Shown piece by piece: positions 24,877 to 37,210 of a stretch of 64,000 nucleotides of DNA; the stretch's first letter is position 1; each line of letters starts with the position of its first letter. The DNA lies in assembly GCA_964016885.1 (NCBI GenBank), contig OZ024741.1, positions 346,084,001 through 346,148,000 of the forward strand, read 5' to 3'. A program made the translations under genes and the position numbers. Source of the DNA: Eledone cirrhosa. Its lineage: Eukaryota. The notes beneath the pieces were generated by a model. It was not told the origin of the DNA and ran no database searches. It saw nothing but the letters and a program-made list of their open reading frames with translations.

Positions 24877-27800
24877 CGGAGAAGATAGACGTGTTTTTGT
24901 TTCGCTCCTGCATTTTGTTGGAATTTATTACGAGAAGCGGTAGGTCTGTTTAAGTAATTTGTTATTTGTTGTGTTTAACCCATCGCCTGGGCCTGCAGAC
25001 GTTGGCTAAAATAAATTTCGCCCCTTTTTGGGGCGAAATTTAATATTTATAAGTTTTCGATAAAAAATCGTTTAGTGACAATGGACGCCATTAATACGAC
25101 GCATGCCACGACCCCCAAGGAAAGTGATAGAGAGAAGGTAGCAGCACAACGCTGTAAGCCTTCCCTCCTCACTCCCGCAAAAGACACCACGGAATCAAAA
25201 GAAAAAATGTAGAAATGGGTGAAAACCCCAAAAGTAACAATTACACAAACAAGAACAACAATGACAATAACAACACAACCAACAACAGCAACAATGACAA
25301 TAACAACACAACAAACAACCACAATAATGACAACACCCACAAAGGAAAAAAGCAAGCCAACACGAATAACAACAATGATAACAACACGAAAGAAAACGGA
25401 CCTACAGCTGCAGTCTCCTTCGCACAGGCACTCCGAGAAACGCAGACATACAAGGCACTGGACACCTCGAATGCCAAGCAATTGCTGAAAGAAGCAAGGA
25501 ATTGTGTAAATTTCGGGGAAGGTGGGGAAATCACAATTACCTCCCCCGAAGAAATTAGAAGGGACACAGTCCTCAGGACTGTAATCTTTAGGACAGTCTC
25601 GAACACGACTAGGAAACCGGCTCGATTGTCCCAAAGCGAAATTGAGCTGGTCCTAAGTAGTGCCTGGAAGGATATCGCTTTCATACAGAAAGGGAAACTG
25701 TATGGAAGCATATCTGTTTTAATGCAAGATGAATTTGCGGCACGGAAATATTCTGTGTCGCCAATTGTATCCAAAGCATACACCTTTTTACCCACATATT
25801 TGGGGAAAAGAACTCAAAAGATAAGAATCTCGGACATCAGGCCAAATGCGAGTATTTGGTGGGTGCTGACGTGATTCTTAGAAGATGAGGACACAATCGT
25901 TTCGATAAGCGAATCCACCGGGGGCGTTTTCGGCGGAAATAGCCTTGAAGTTCTGGTCCAAATGAGACCAGAACGGATAGCAAGAATACCGCAGCGTGTG
26001 TCCCTGGATGGAGTCGCTTTCATAAACATTTCTGTTGAGGGCAGGCGGCCTTCATGATACCACTGTTCAAGAAGTGGTCATCTGAGGGCTTCCTATCCCC
26101 ACACACAACAACGCAACCACCACCACCACCACAACAACAACAACACGAAAAAATAACAACACGAGACACTGTCACACCCAACCCCTCCCCACCTAAAACA
26201 AATACAAAAGCAATCACAACAAAACCCCAAAATATACCTCTCCCCAACAACACGGAGGAGGACCCCTTATCAACGTCACCCAGTGACGACGAGGGAGAAC
26301 CCTTTCAACCTGTAAAAAGAAAGAAAAGAAGGAACCACATTAACAAAAATGCAACAAACACACAACCACCACCACAAACAGAACAAACATCACAAATAAA
26401 AAAACCCACCCCTCCCGAAAACATAACACATACTACAAAACGCAAATACACACAAGAACAACAAACAAAAACAAACACAACACAACAAAAACAGTATACA
26501 TACATCAACACAAACAACAATAGACCCTTTGGTGGAAACGAAAGGGAAAATGTTTACCAACGCGGCGACTAAACCGCATTTAAAAATTATTAGGGTCCCA
26601 AGGGACACCTTCGCAATGCTCAAACAGAACATTCCCTAGGATGTGGGGAACCCCTGTACTAGACCTAGCAACCGCGTCCTCTTGAAATATTTCCCCATCA
26701 CACCAGACACCCCTTCCACACCAAACACCCCCACCCACCACACACTGATGTCCCCACCGCATCCCAAACCACCACCCCATCAAACAACCCCGCCGACACC
26801 CCCATGGAAATTGTGCAGCCTGGTCCCCAGGAGAAGGACAGGTAGGTTTCTTTTCCTTTTTCTCGACTCTAAACTCTTCACCACCAATATGGCTGTTATA
26901 AGAGTTGGATGTTTAAATGTGTGCGGCCTGGTGATGGCCTGGAAGCAGGGCAAACTCTTAAATGACCTCAGGTCGCACAGAATGGATTTGATAACTATTT
27001 GCGAGTCTAGGATCAGCAGCGAGCACCAACTGGTCCCCATCTTCGACGACTTTGAGATCTATGCATCTCTCAGCTGGGGTGGGGTGGGGGGCTCTCTCTC
27101 CTGCGAAAACACCTGGGCCTCACAAAACGGAAGGTACACCTGGACCCGGAGGGTCGACTGATGGTTCTAGACGTAGTCAGTAGTGAAAGTGGAGCCTTCA
27201 GGTTGGTGGCAGCGTATGCCTCATCTGGGACACCGCGACTGGACTTCTTCCAACGCCTAGAGACTTTTCTGGGAACGTCTTGCTCCTTGCTTTTAGTGGG
27301 GGACTGGAACGGTATCCTGGATGCACGTTGGGACTATGTAGGGACATGTCCTGATAGAGGGGGGTGTAACAGCCTCAAACGGTTAATCGGCCGATTTGAT
27401 CTGGCCGATAGATATCAACTAGATTTTCCGACTGTGCCACTGTGGACGTGGACTAATCGTAGCGGAACATCTAGGTCGTACCTAGATAGGTTCCTAGTTA
27501 GAAATAAGGATAGGGACATATTAAGCTGTCCACGAATGTTCATGGTTGACTATTCGGATCACAAGTTGGTGACCGGAGTGGTCAACCTTGATAGAACACA
27601 TAGACAAGGACCCGGTTACTGAAAACTAAACTTGTCCTTATCGTCAAACAACGCTTACAGTAAGCGGATTAGCACTCTAGTTAAGCAGCAGTTGGCGGGG
27701 GCACTTGTCAACAGCAGGTGGTAGGCTCTCTCAAGAGAGAAATTAGAATAGAATCGATAGGTTTTAGTCAGGAATTAGCATCAGATAGGAATAGAACTGA

Positions 27801-30039
27801 AAGGGAATTGATAGATAGAGTAGAAGAGGCGATCAGGAGGGGAAACGTGGCCGGCGTACTGGCGTCAACAACGGCACTAGACCAGTTCTTTGACGCGAAG
27901 CACGAGGGCTGTGTTGTCAGGAGTAAAATACGTGCATTGGGTAACGAGGGCGTCAAAGCTGTTAGCTGGGCCCGAGTGACAGAAGCAAAAAGTGGAAACA
28001 AGTCAACGATTCGGTCTTTGAAGGACCAGCATGGACGCGTGATCCTTGAACCTGAACGGATGTGCGCGGAATTTCAACTGCGCTTTGCACGACTGTTCAG
28101 GAGGGGCGGTGGGCCGGGTGAGGCCATTCCTCGACGGTTTGCCGCGGCTCTCGGACGGGGAGGCGAAGTCCTGCGAAAGGTCGATTTCAGCCGCTGAAAT
28201 AGGGAAAGCGCTGAGCCTATGCGGCAAACGCAAAACTCCTGGTCTCGATGTTCTACCATACGAAATTTATGTAGCGATACCGGACTTGTTCTCAGATCTC
28301 CTCGAGTCGGTCTACTGCAACTGGCAGCAGAACGGGAGAATTCCCAGTTCTGTGTCCAAGGACATAGTCACACTGGTGAGGAAGGACGAGAACAAGGGGG
28401 ATGACATAGATAACTTCAGGCCCATAACTCTGCTAAACACAGAGTTAAAGATTTTGGCCAAGGTGTTAACGAAGCAGTTGGCGTTTGTCGTCGGGAACCT
28501 GGTGGGAGAAGCGCAGACATGCGTAATCCCGTCCAGGTCCACACACGACAACCTCCACCTCATGCGAAATATCGTAGAGAGGGTAGGGAACTAACCCGGC
28601 TTTGATGGGGCCCTGATCAACTTGGATCAATCTAAGGCATTCGATAGGGGCGACCATCGGTACCTGTCTGCGGTGCTCGCAGCGGCAGGCTCCGGACCCG
28701 TTTTCTGGGGCTGGATTGCTGCAATGCACAGCAGCAATACCTGCTCGAGAGTCAAGGTGAACGGCTACCTCTCGGTGCCGTTTCAAATCGAGCGATCCAT
28801 CCGACAAGGATGCCCTCTCTCCTCCCTTCCGTATGTGCTGGCTCTCGAGGCACTACTTCGGAAGTTGGAGCTGTTGCAGGGAATCCCCTTGGAACCGGGA
28901 TTGCGGAAAGCGGTGTCGGCCTACGCCTATGACGTGACAGTAATGGTGTCGTGCGCCTCGGAAATCGGGCAGATCGGCACCTTACTGTGGGAATATGAAA
29001 GGTTTACAGGAGCCAAGCTGAACCGGGACAAGTCCGTCGGTTTGCAACTCGGAACGTGGAGAGACAAACCGATGCCCTCCAACGGCGTCGTCGGACGCAG
29101 GACGGAGGGACCGGTGAAGCTGCTCGAGGTCTGGTTCCGATCGGACCTCCAGGTGGGGAAAAACTGGGACGAGGTAACGGGCAGGGTGTTTGCACTCGCC
29201 CAGAAGTTGGCTGAGTGCAAACTATCCCTGAAAGGTCGAGCGGAGGTGGCGAACACTTATATAGCTTCCGTAATCTACTACTGCTTGACCGTCGTGGCTT
29301 GCCCAGCGAAAACGCTCGCCAAAATGGTGCGCGCGCTCTTCCGATTCGTTTGGAAGAAGTGGGCCCCTTTGGTGAGAAGATCCATCTGCTGTCAACACCC
29401 TTCGAACGGAGGGCTGGGGTTGCTGTGGCTGACGATGCGTAGACACGCATTAAAGCTACGGCACCTCCACGTATTCCTCACCGGTTAGACGGTGTGGGCC
29501 CCTTTTGTGAGGCGAGCTTTCCGAGACTCGTCTCACTCACCGAGCTCCAATCCTGGGACAAGCAAAGACCGAGAAAAGTGGGCGACTGGCACATTGAATG
29601 TACCCAGGCGATCACGGCCCTCTGGCAAGCGGATCTGGCAATCAGTGGAGACTCAACCTCAACATTCTATAGAGGGTTGGTGCGCAGCAAGTGCGACGAC
29701 GCTCTCGGCGAGGCTCTGGGCATATAGGAAGACGAGCTAGCCAGTCTGCTCGGTAGGACGTTTGGCCCGGGACCGATGGACAACTTCCAAAAGTCTCTGG
29801 CTTGGCAGTGCTACAGAGGAGCTCTACTCGTTCGGGACAAGCTCTACAGACAGGGGCGCCCGGGTAGGGACCCCTCGACGAAGATCTGTCCGATATGCGT
29901 GCGTGACGAGGAAACAGTCACGCACGCATTCGTACACTGCCCGGGCGTTGCTGAACTGTGGGACTATGTGGAACGACTACTGTCGCGGGTGGGAACAATC
30001 CGGTTGACCACCGAGTACATTGTCACGATCAAACCGCGA
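24877..30039 (+). mobile_element. Near full-length but decayed and 3'-truncated L1/Tx1-clade LINE (family A)
   Basis: ORF1 remnants from ATG 25081. ORF2 from ATG 26889 with APE motifs (GCLNVCGL, GDWN, YLDR, SDH), RT motifs (FRPITLLN, DQSKAFDR, QGCPLS, YAYD) and zf-RVT. Many stops and frameshifts. Directly follows (TATC)n. Confidence 0.93.
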
Positions 30040-30147
30040 TCCAGAATTAGCCGTCGAAACGGCTTGAGCTCAGCCGTCGGGGTCTTACTTGTTCCTATTA
30101 CCAAAGTACTCAATACTTAGGGTAGTAGAGTGGGTAATATATATATA

Positions 30148-30276
30148 TAATTGTTTCTACTTTTAGGCACAAGGCCAGCAATTACCCACTGCATTACTGG
30201 TACTTTATTTTATCGACCCCGTAAGGATGAAGGCAAAGTTAACCTCGGCGGGATTTGAACTCAAATCGTAAAGGGA

Positions 30277-30280
<4 letters not shown>
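30148..30280 (-). mobile_element. Partial copy of the main SINE
   Basis: Reverse complement of the B-box, core and 3' end. Confidence 0.85.
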
Positions 30281-30359
<79 letters not shown>

Positions 30360-30460
30360 TTTTCATTTATTAACATTTTGAATAATATTAAAAACTCCAG
30401 GAAAATCCCTTGGTTGAGTGCTTCTAATATATTGTAATATTGAACCATATTAATCTTTGG

Positions 30461-30512
<52 letters not shown>

Positions 30513-30555
30513 GTATATATATGTATATATGTATATATATATATATATATATATT

Positions 30556-30641
<86 letters not shown>

Positions 30642-30746
30642 AGAGTTAAACAAGATTCAATGAATACACCAAAGAATGAATTTTACAATAGATTGGAAGC
30701 ACTCTACAAGCACAAAATTCCCAGAGTTATTAATATTAATTCCAAT

Positions 30747-30892
30747 TCGAGCGGAGGTGGCGAACACTTATATAGCGTCGTCATCTACTACCGCTTGACC
30801 GTCGTGCCTTGCCCAGCGAAAACGCTCGCCAAAATGGAGCGCGCGCTCTTCCGATTCCTTTGGAAGTGGCGGGCCCCTTTGGGACTATGTGG
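30747..30892 (+). mobile_element. Small internal fragment of Tx1 family A
   Basis: CGAGCGGAGGTGGCGAACACTT...GGGCCCCTTTGG is nearly identical to 29237-29372. Confidence 0.85.
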
Positions 30893-30924
30893 AATTATTT
30901 GGAATTATTTGGGATTATTTGGAA

Positions 30925-30963
<39 letters not shown>

Positions 30964-31037
30964 GTGTAACCGGGTTAAATCGGTGGTAACCACAGTAAGT
31001 AAGGTAGTCAATAATAGCAGAGTATAAATATTTAATA

Positions 31038-31320
31038 TAGAAATGGCTTCTACAGGACTAGAATTGTTTTATTCGAAGGAAATCATCAGGATATCTGACT
31101 GTTAATGTGTGGTATTTATACATTTTCTGGTGGTAGGCGAAGGTGGTGATTGGGTTGGGTGGAGGTCATTGGCTGATGGATTTAAAGAATGGGGATTCTT
31201 TGAAATAACTATACTAGTGATACAGAGGGATACAAAAGTAGGCACTTCTCATTTTTGAAGGTTCAATTATGCTAAGCTGTATTAACATGCTGTGTTAAAA
31301 TCTACAAAATGGTCAGGTCT
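31038..31320 (-). mobile_element. Penelope-like pLTR remnant (family D) with degenerate hammerhead module
   Basis: CCAAT, TATAAATAC and CTGATGA module as at 13451. Upstream minus-strand PDHFVDFNTA weakly resembles the C-terminal part of Penelope GIY-YIG proteins. Confidence 0.5.
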
Positions 31321-31467
31321 TTACAATCACACACTCACACACACGCGCGCGCACATACACACACTTACAAACACACACACACATACACACACGCGCGCAC
31401 CCCTATAAATATACATATATATATATATACACACACACACACATATATATGTATGTATGTATGTATG

Positions 31468-31498
<31 letters not shown>

Positions 31499-31573
31499 AT
31501 GCGTGTATGCGTGTGTATATATATACGGGTAGGCGGCGAGGCTGCGTGGTTACTGAAAACGCAGTGCTAGAGG

Positions 31574-31625
31574 GTAAACGGGACACAAACAAGAGAAGAA
31601 AAGTTTTCCTTCGTCAGCTGTTTAC
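31574..31625 (-). ncRNA. Degenerate hammerhead (GAAA strand lost)
   Basis: Minus strand GTAAACAG-CTGACGA-AGGAAAACTTTTCT...GTC-CCGTTTAC. Helix I, the CUGANGA box and the GUC site are present; GAAA is missing. Confidence 0.4.
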
Positions 31626-31867
31626 TACGGCCCTTAAAACTGAACATTGATCCATAGCGCGCCCATGGCCTTTTATCTATCAAAAGGCCATGCGGGAAAA
31701 AAGTGATAGTGAAGAGAGAGAGGAAGAAAGAAATAGAGAAGAAGAAAAAAAGGAAAAAAGGAAAAAACGAAGTAAACATACCGATAGAGGGGGGGGGGAA
31801 CATACACAATGTCACATGTATGTAGATGAAGTTATACTAAGCCGATCTTTAATATAGAAATGGATTC

Positions 31868-31916
31868 TATAGGACTACAACTGTTTCATTCGGGGGAATC
31901 ATCAGGAAGCCCTATA
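31868..31916 (-). ncRNA. Hammerhead-like motif, family D (best-preserved copy)
   Basis: Minus strand TATAGGGC-ttc-CTGATGA-TTC-CCCC-GAA-T-GAAA-CAGTTG-TA-GTCCTATA. 8-bp helix I with a 3-nt insertion before the core. Confidence 0.55.
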
Positions 31917-32342
31917 TTAGATATTTATAATCTGCTTTGTATTAAGTACCTGATTTACTGTGGTTAACCCTATTGAACCCGGGGTAAACTTATATATATA
32001 TATGTATATATATATAAATGGAAAAGAATGAAACGAAATTTCATTTTTCACTCTTAGTACGGCTGATACCATACGTACATATATATATGTGTGCATGTAT
32101 GTATATATATACATACTACTGTACGTCTGTACACATATATGTATGTACGTATACATACTTATATTTAGGTATCAGCCGTACTAAGATTGAGAAATGAAAT
32201 TTCGTTTCATTCTTTTCCATTTATCGTTTTCGGTGCGCCCAGCCGACTAACTCATTCGATATGCAAATTAGGCTGCTCAACCGTTAATATGCATAAGGAA
32301 AGTATATACTTTCAAACGTTCAATCATCTGACAGGAAGGCAT

Positions 32343-32385
32343 ACGATGCTGACGATAGCTAATAAGCTTGAAACTAGTACATCGT
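32343..32385 (+). ncRNA. Minimal type I hammerhead ribozyme, canonical core (family R)
   Basis: ACGATG-CTGACGA-T-AGCT-AATA-AGCT-T-GAAA-CTAG-TA-CATCGT. Helix I extends via AGGA/TCCT and CTGAC/GTCAG; palindromic helix III; GUA site, predicted cut after 32379. Confidence 0.85.
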
Positions 32386-32776
32386 TCCTGTGTCAGTGTT
32401 GAAAAAAACGGCGACGATGGTTGCCGAACACTGTACGGCGTAATTCGGGCTGTTTGTTTACAAACAAACCGAACATTATAATAAATGTTCGGTGAATCCA
32501 TACGTACATATATATATGTCTGCATGTCTCGTATGTATATATATACATACTACTGTACGTCTGTACACATATATGTATGTACGTATACATACTTATATTT
32601 AGGTATCAGCCGTACTAAGAGTGAGAAATGAAATTTCGTTTCATTCTTTTCCATTTATCGTTTTCGGTGCACCCGGCCGACTAACTCACTTGATATGTAA
32701 ATTAGGCTGCTCAACCGTTAATATGCATAAGGAAAGTATATACTTTCAAAGGTTCAATCATCTGACAGGAAGGTAT

Positions 32777-32819
32777 ACGATGCTGACGATAGCTAATAAG
32801 ATTGAAGCTAGTAGATCGT
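32777..32819 (+). ncRNA. Degenerate hammerhead copy (family R)
   Basis: Same as 32343, but GAAG replaces GAAA and helices I and II have mismatches. Confidence 0.6.
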
Positions 32820-33295
32820 TCCTGTGTCAGTGTTTACAAAAGGGCGACCGAAAACGATAAATGGAAAAAATGAAATTTCATTTCTCACTCTTAGTACAGC
32901 TGATAATTAAATATAAGTATGTATACGTACATACATATATGTATACAGACGTACAGTAGTATGTATATACATACATGAACACATATATATGTACGTATGG
33001 GTTTACCGAACATCTATTATAATGCTCGGTTTGTTTGTAAACAAACAGCCCGAATTATTAGCCGTACAGTGTTCGGCAACCATCGTTGCCCTTTTGTTCA
33101 ACACTGACAAAGGAACGATGAAAGTCTGTATACATATATCTATGTACGTCTGTATACATATATCTATGTACCTATACATACTTATATTTAAGTATCAGCC
33201 GTACTAAGAGTGAGAAATGAAATTTCATTTTTCCATATACATATATATATATACATATATATATACATATATATAATATATATAATATATATATA

Positions 33296-34179
33296 CGGGG
33301 TGTGTCAGAAAAGCTCCAGGACTGATGTCACAAAAGATTTATTTCAAACCCAAACTTCACACTAAGAGTTTTCTCCTTCAAAGTAATCCCCTGGAGTCTA
33401 ATGCACTTTTTCTTCATTTTCTGCCACGCTCGCATGCACTCATGGAAAGATTCTTCCGGGATCCTCTGCAGTTCCGTCGTCACGGCCCTTTTGATGTCGT
33501 CCACGTCTTCAAAACGGATCCGCTTCATGATCCCCTTGAGCATCCATGACTCATCACCGGTGATGACTGTCCCTAGCAAGTCTGGTTCGGTTTCAAGACG
33601 CTCGAAGATGTCCTGGCACACTTGCATGCGTCGACCCTTCTGGTCATGGTTCAGTAGTTTTGGCACCATCTACGCGCAGACTTTCCGCATGTCTAAATTT
33701 TCAGTGAGAATCCTCCAGACGCTGTTCCGATTCATGCCTCGCTCATTTGCCATCAGTCGAATACTCAGCCGACGATCGCTACGCACCATCTGCCTGACGC
33801 GCTCAAAGTTGACCTAGGTCCTGGTAGTTGAGGGCCTTCCGCTCCTGGGGTCATCTCGCACCACTCAAAAACACGTGAGTGTGACATCGTCTCATCTCCA
33901 TACACTTGCTGCAGCAATCCCAGTGCTTCTGATGGAGTTTTCACCAAGCGTAGCAGAAACTTCAAGTTTGTTCGTTGCTCTATGCTCATTGCTCGACGAC
34001 CTAAAACAGAGGATATGCATATAAAATTATGAGGAAAAAAGTTTGATCGCTGCAGAGAGCTAAGATTACAGTTACATACTCCAGGGGGATTACTTTGAAG
34101 GAGAAAACTCTTAGTGTGAAGTTTGGGTTTGAAATAAATCTCTGTGACATCAGTCCTGGAACTTTTCTAACACACCTCG
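33296..34179 (-). mobile_element. Internally deleted mariner (Tc1/mariner) DNA transposon
   Basis: TA on both sides; ~100-bp inverted termini beginning CG(G/A)GGTGTGT; transposase remnants MSIEQRTNLKF...VYGDETMSHSRVFEW, VPKLL and ITGDESW joined directly to the C-terminal RFEDVDDIK...CIRLQG. Confidence 0.92.
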
Positions 34180-34248
<69 letters not shown>

Positions 34249-34691
34249 CTTTTTACCTATATGTCTATCCATCGATCGGTCACCTATATAATCTCCCTAT
34301 CTATCTGTCGATCTATCTGTCTATGTATTTATCTATTTGCTACTACCTACTACTAAATTCATCCACTTCTTCGTGGTGATACGTTAAAACCTTTCCATCT
34401 GACACGGTCCAACAGATCCAACATTAACCGCCTTAGCTCTTCACCGGATAATTCTATATTTTCCTCAATGAGTCTCTTTAATGTCTTGAGAGGTCTCCCA
34501 CGTTGGCGTTTCACCTTATTTATTTATCTTCTGTTTATATATGAGTTATACAAACTAAGTTTCACATGTGCTGATGTTTTCACAATAGGTAACACCAGTA
34601 TAACATTATCAGAACCTACACTATTTTCAAGATTTATGTGGAAGATTAAATTCTTTATCTTCTTTATATTCAAGTTGTAGATTCTACATTA

Positions 34692-34868
34692 TTGGATAGA
34701 GGGTCAGATGCCATGCTTTGATGCATAGAGTTACGGCCCTTTCCATTCCGAGTTCAAATCCCGCCGAGGTTAACTTTGCCTTTCATCCTTACGGAGTCGA
34801 TAAAATAAAGTACCAGTAATGCACTGGTTAATTGCTGGCCTTGTGCCACATGTAGAAACAATTATTAA
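34692..34868 (+). mobile_element. Main SINE copy
   Basis: B-box GAGTTCAAATCC, core, 3' end and ATT tail. Confidence 0.85.
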
Positions 34869-35189
34869 TAACAGTGTTATAGATGTAAAATAAACAGAAA
34901 TATATATATACAATTCTTGAAATCTCTGCAGATGTCATGGGTACATAATTGTAGGAACATTTACATGTGGGTTGACGGCGGTGACTGCTTCGTAATTGAG
35001 TAAAATCAGCTGGGCTCCACGACCAAGATAGAATACCCTGATGCCTTGCTATGTATTCAAACGATCAATCAGCTGAGGAGAAATATATAAAAGCACATAC
35101 AAAAACACGCGCCTGACCGTGAATGTAACTATTATAAGTAACAACATTTTACATGCAAGCAAATAGACCCCCCCACACACATATATATA

Positions 35190-35248
<59 letters not shown>

Positions 35249-35265
35249 GTATATATATATGTATA

Positions 35266-35361
<96 letters not shown>

Positions 35362-35413
35362 TTTATCCCGGGTTCAATTTCCCGAATGAAAGAGTTCTAG
35401 TCCTGTAGAAACC

Positions 35414-35503
<90 letters not shown>

Positions 35504-35724
35504 GCACACACGCAGTCGCACAAACTCACACATACACAATCACACTTTTCTAATTTTATATACACATTTGGTAGGTTCTGAACTGGTGGCCGAATATGCT
35601 CACAAAAGAGGAAGAAACCAATATCTAAAACACCACATATGGCCACAAAGTTCCGGTGACAAGTGTGTAGTCTACGCTTCATCAACTAATCAAACTGAGG
35701 CAGAATAATGTTACTGAAACCCCG

Positions 35725-36034
<310 letters not shown>

Positions 36035-36796
36035 TATAAATGTAATCTGAGTTTTTCGAATATTAATAATTGTTTCTACTTTAGGCACAGGGCCAGCAAT
36101 TAACCAGTTCATTACTGGTAATAATAACATTCGATTCGTTTGCAATTATGCAAACAAGCCTCATTGTTCTTGTGTTGGCATGTAAACAGAACTGCAGACT
36201 CTAGTACAGTACAGCTCACATCTTCACCTGCCAACTGTCAGAGCTAGTGATGAATGAGGCTTGCGCATAATTGCAAACGAATCGAATGTTATTATTAATA
36301 TTCGAAAAACTCATATTACATTTATTCTATTCAGCCATGTAGAGCGAAAATCTTTTTTCTTTTGTTTGAATGTGGCAAAGCCGGTCATTTACCGCTCGTA
36401 TACAGGAAACTGACTGGCCAGTCTGCCGATATGCAAATCTGGCAGATTAGTGGATCTGCTAATATGCAGATTTGACTCATCAGCCAGTCTGCTAATATGC
36501 AAATCAGGCCGATCAGTCACTGTATATATTAGAAAATAGCATATATTTTCACTAGCTCTGACAGTTTGGCAGGTGAACAGTGAGCTGTACTGATGAAGGG
36601 TGATATTCAGAAACATTAGTGTCTGTAGTTCTGTTTACATGCCAACACAAGAGCAAGAATGAAGGGTTCATTCTACTGACATGGCTTTAAAAATGAGGCT
36701 CGTTTGCATAATTGCAAATGAATCGAATGTTATTATTAATATTCGAAAAACTCAGATTACATTTATTATATTCAGCCATGTGGAGCGAAAACTTTT
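36035..36796. mobile_element. Rearranged pLTR/retrozyme-like unit (direct and inverted partial copies) with a SINE 3' piece at ~36065-36120
   Basis: 36121-36250 is an inverted, deleted copy of 36548-36735; 36253-36350 is a direct copy of 36692-36792. Confidence 0.65.
36582..36631 (+). ncRNA. Type I hammerhead ribozyme motif, canonical core
   Basis: GAGCTGTA-CTGATGA-AGGGTGATATTCA-GAAA-CA-TTAG-TG-TC-TGTAGTTC. 8-bp helix I (the inverted copy has TGCAGTTC, better paired), weak helix II, GUC site at 36621-36623. Confidence 0.75.
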
Positions 36797-36822
36797 TATA
36801 TATATATATATATATTGTATAC

Positions 36823-36869
<47 letters not shown>

Positions 36870-36876
<7 letters not shown>

Positions 36877-36981
36877 GGCTTTTACAGGACTATAACTGTT
36901 TCATTCGAAGGAAATCATCAGGAAAGCCCTAATGATTTCCTTCGAATGAAAGAGTTCTAGTCCTGTAGAAGCTATTTCTAT
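36870..36981. repeat. Inverted pair of family D hammerhead-like modules
   Basis: TAGAAATGGC...CATCAGG-AAAGC-CCTAATG...GCTATTTCTA. Confidence 0.85.
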
Positions 36982-37100
36982 GTTAAAAATGTATACTCTG
37001 CTATGTATTGAGTACCTTACTGTGTTTGCCCCCAATTGAACCCGGGATACACACACCCACACACATGCATATATATATATATGTATATATATATGTTTAT

Positions 37101-37210
<110 letters not shown>

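Larger units (their letters stand above)
32016..33235. mobile_element. Rearranged array of the family R unit (434-bp period; orientation switches at ~32070, ~32845 and ~33122)
   Basis: ORFs 32187 and 32621 are repeat copies 434 bp apart; homologous to 21724-22372. Confidence 0.85.

Noticed and set aside
25047-25795. Hydrophobic multi-pass membrane-like ORFs (also 47423-48070, 48694-49023, 43374-43583)
   Set aside because: They are antisense frames of AAC/ACC-rich Tx1 ORF1 regions or GTT-rich low-complexity DNA.
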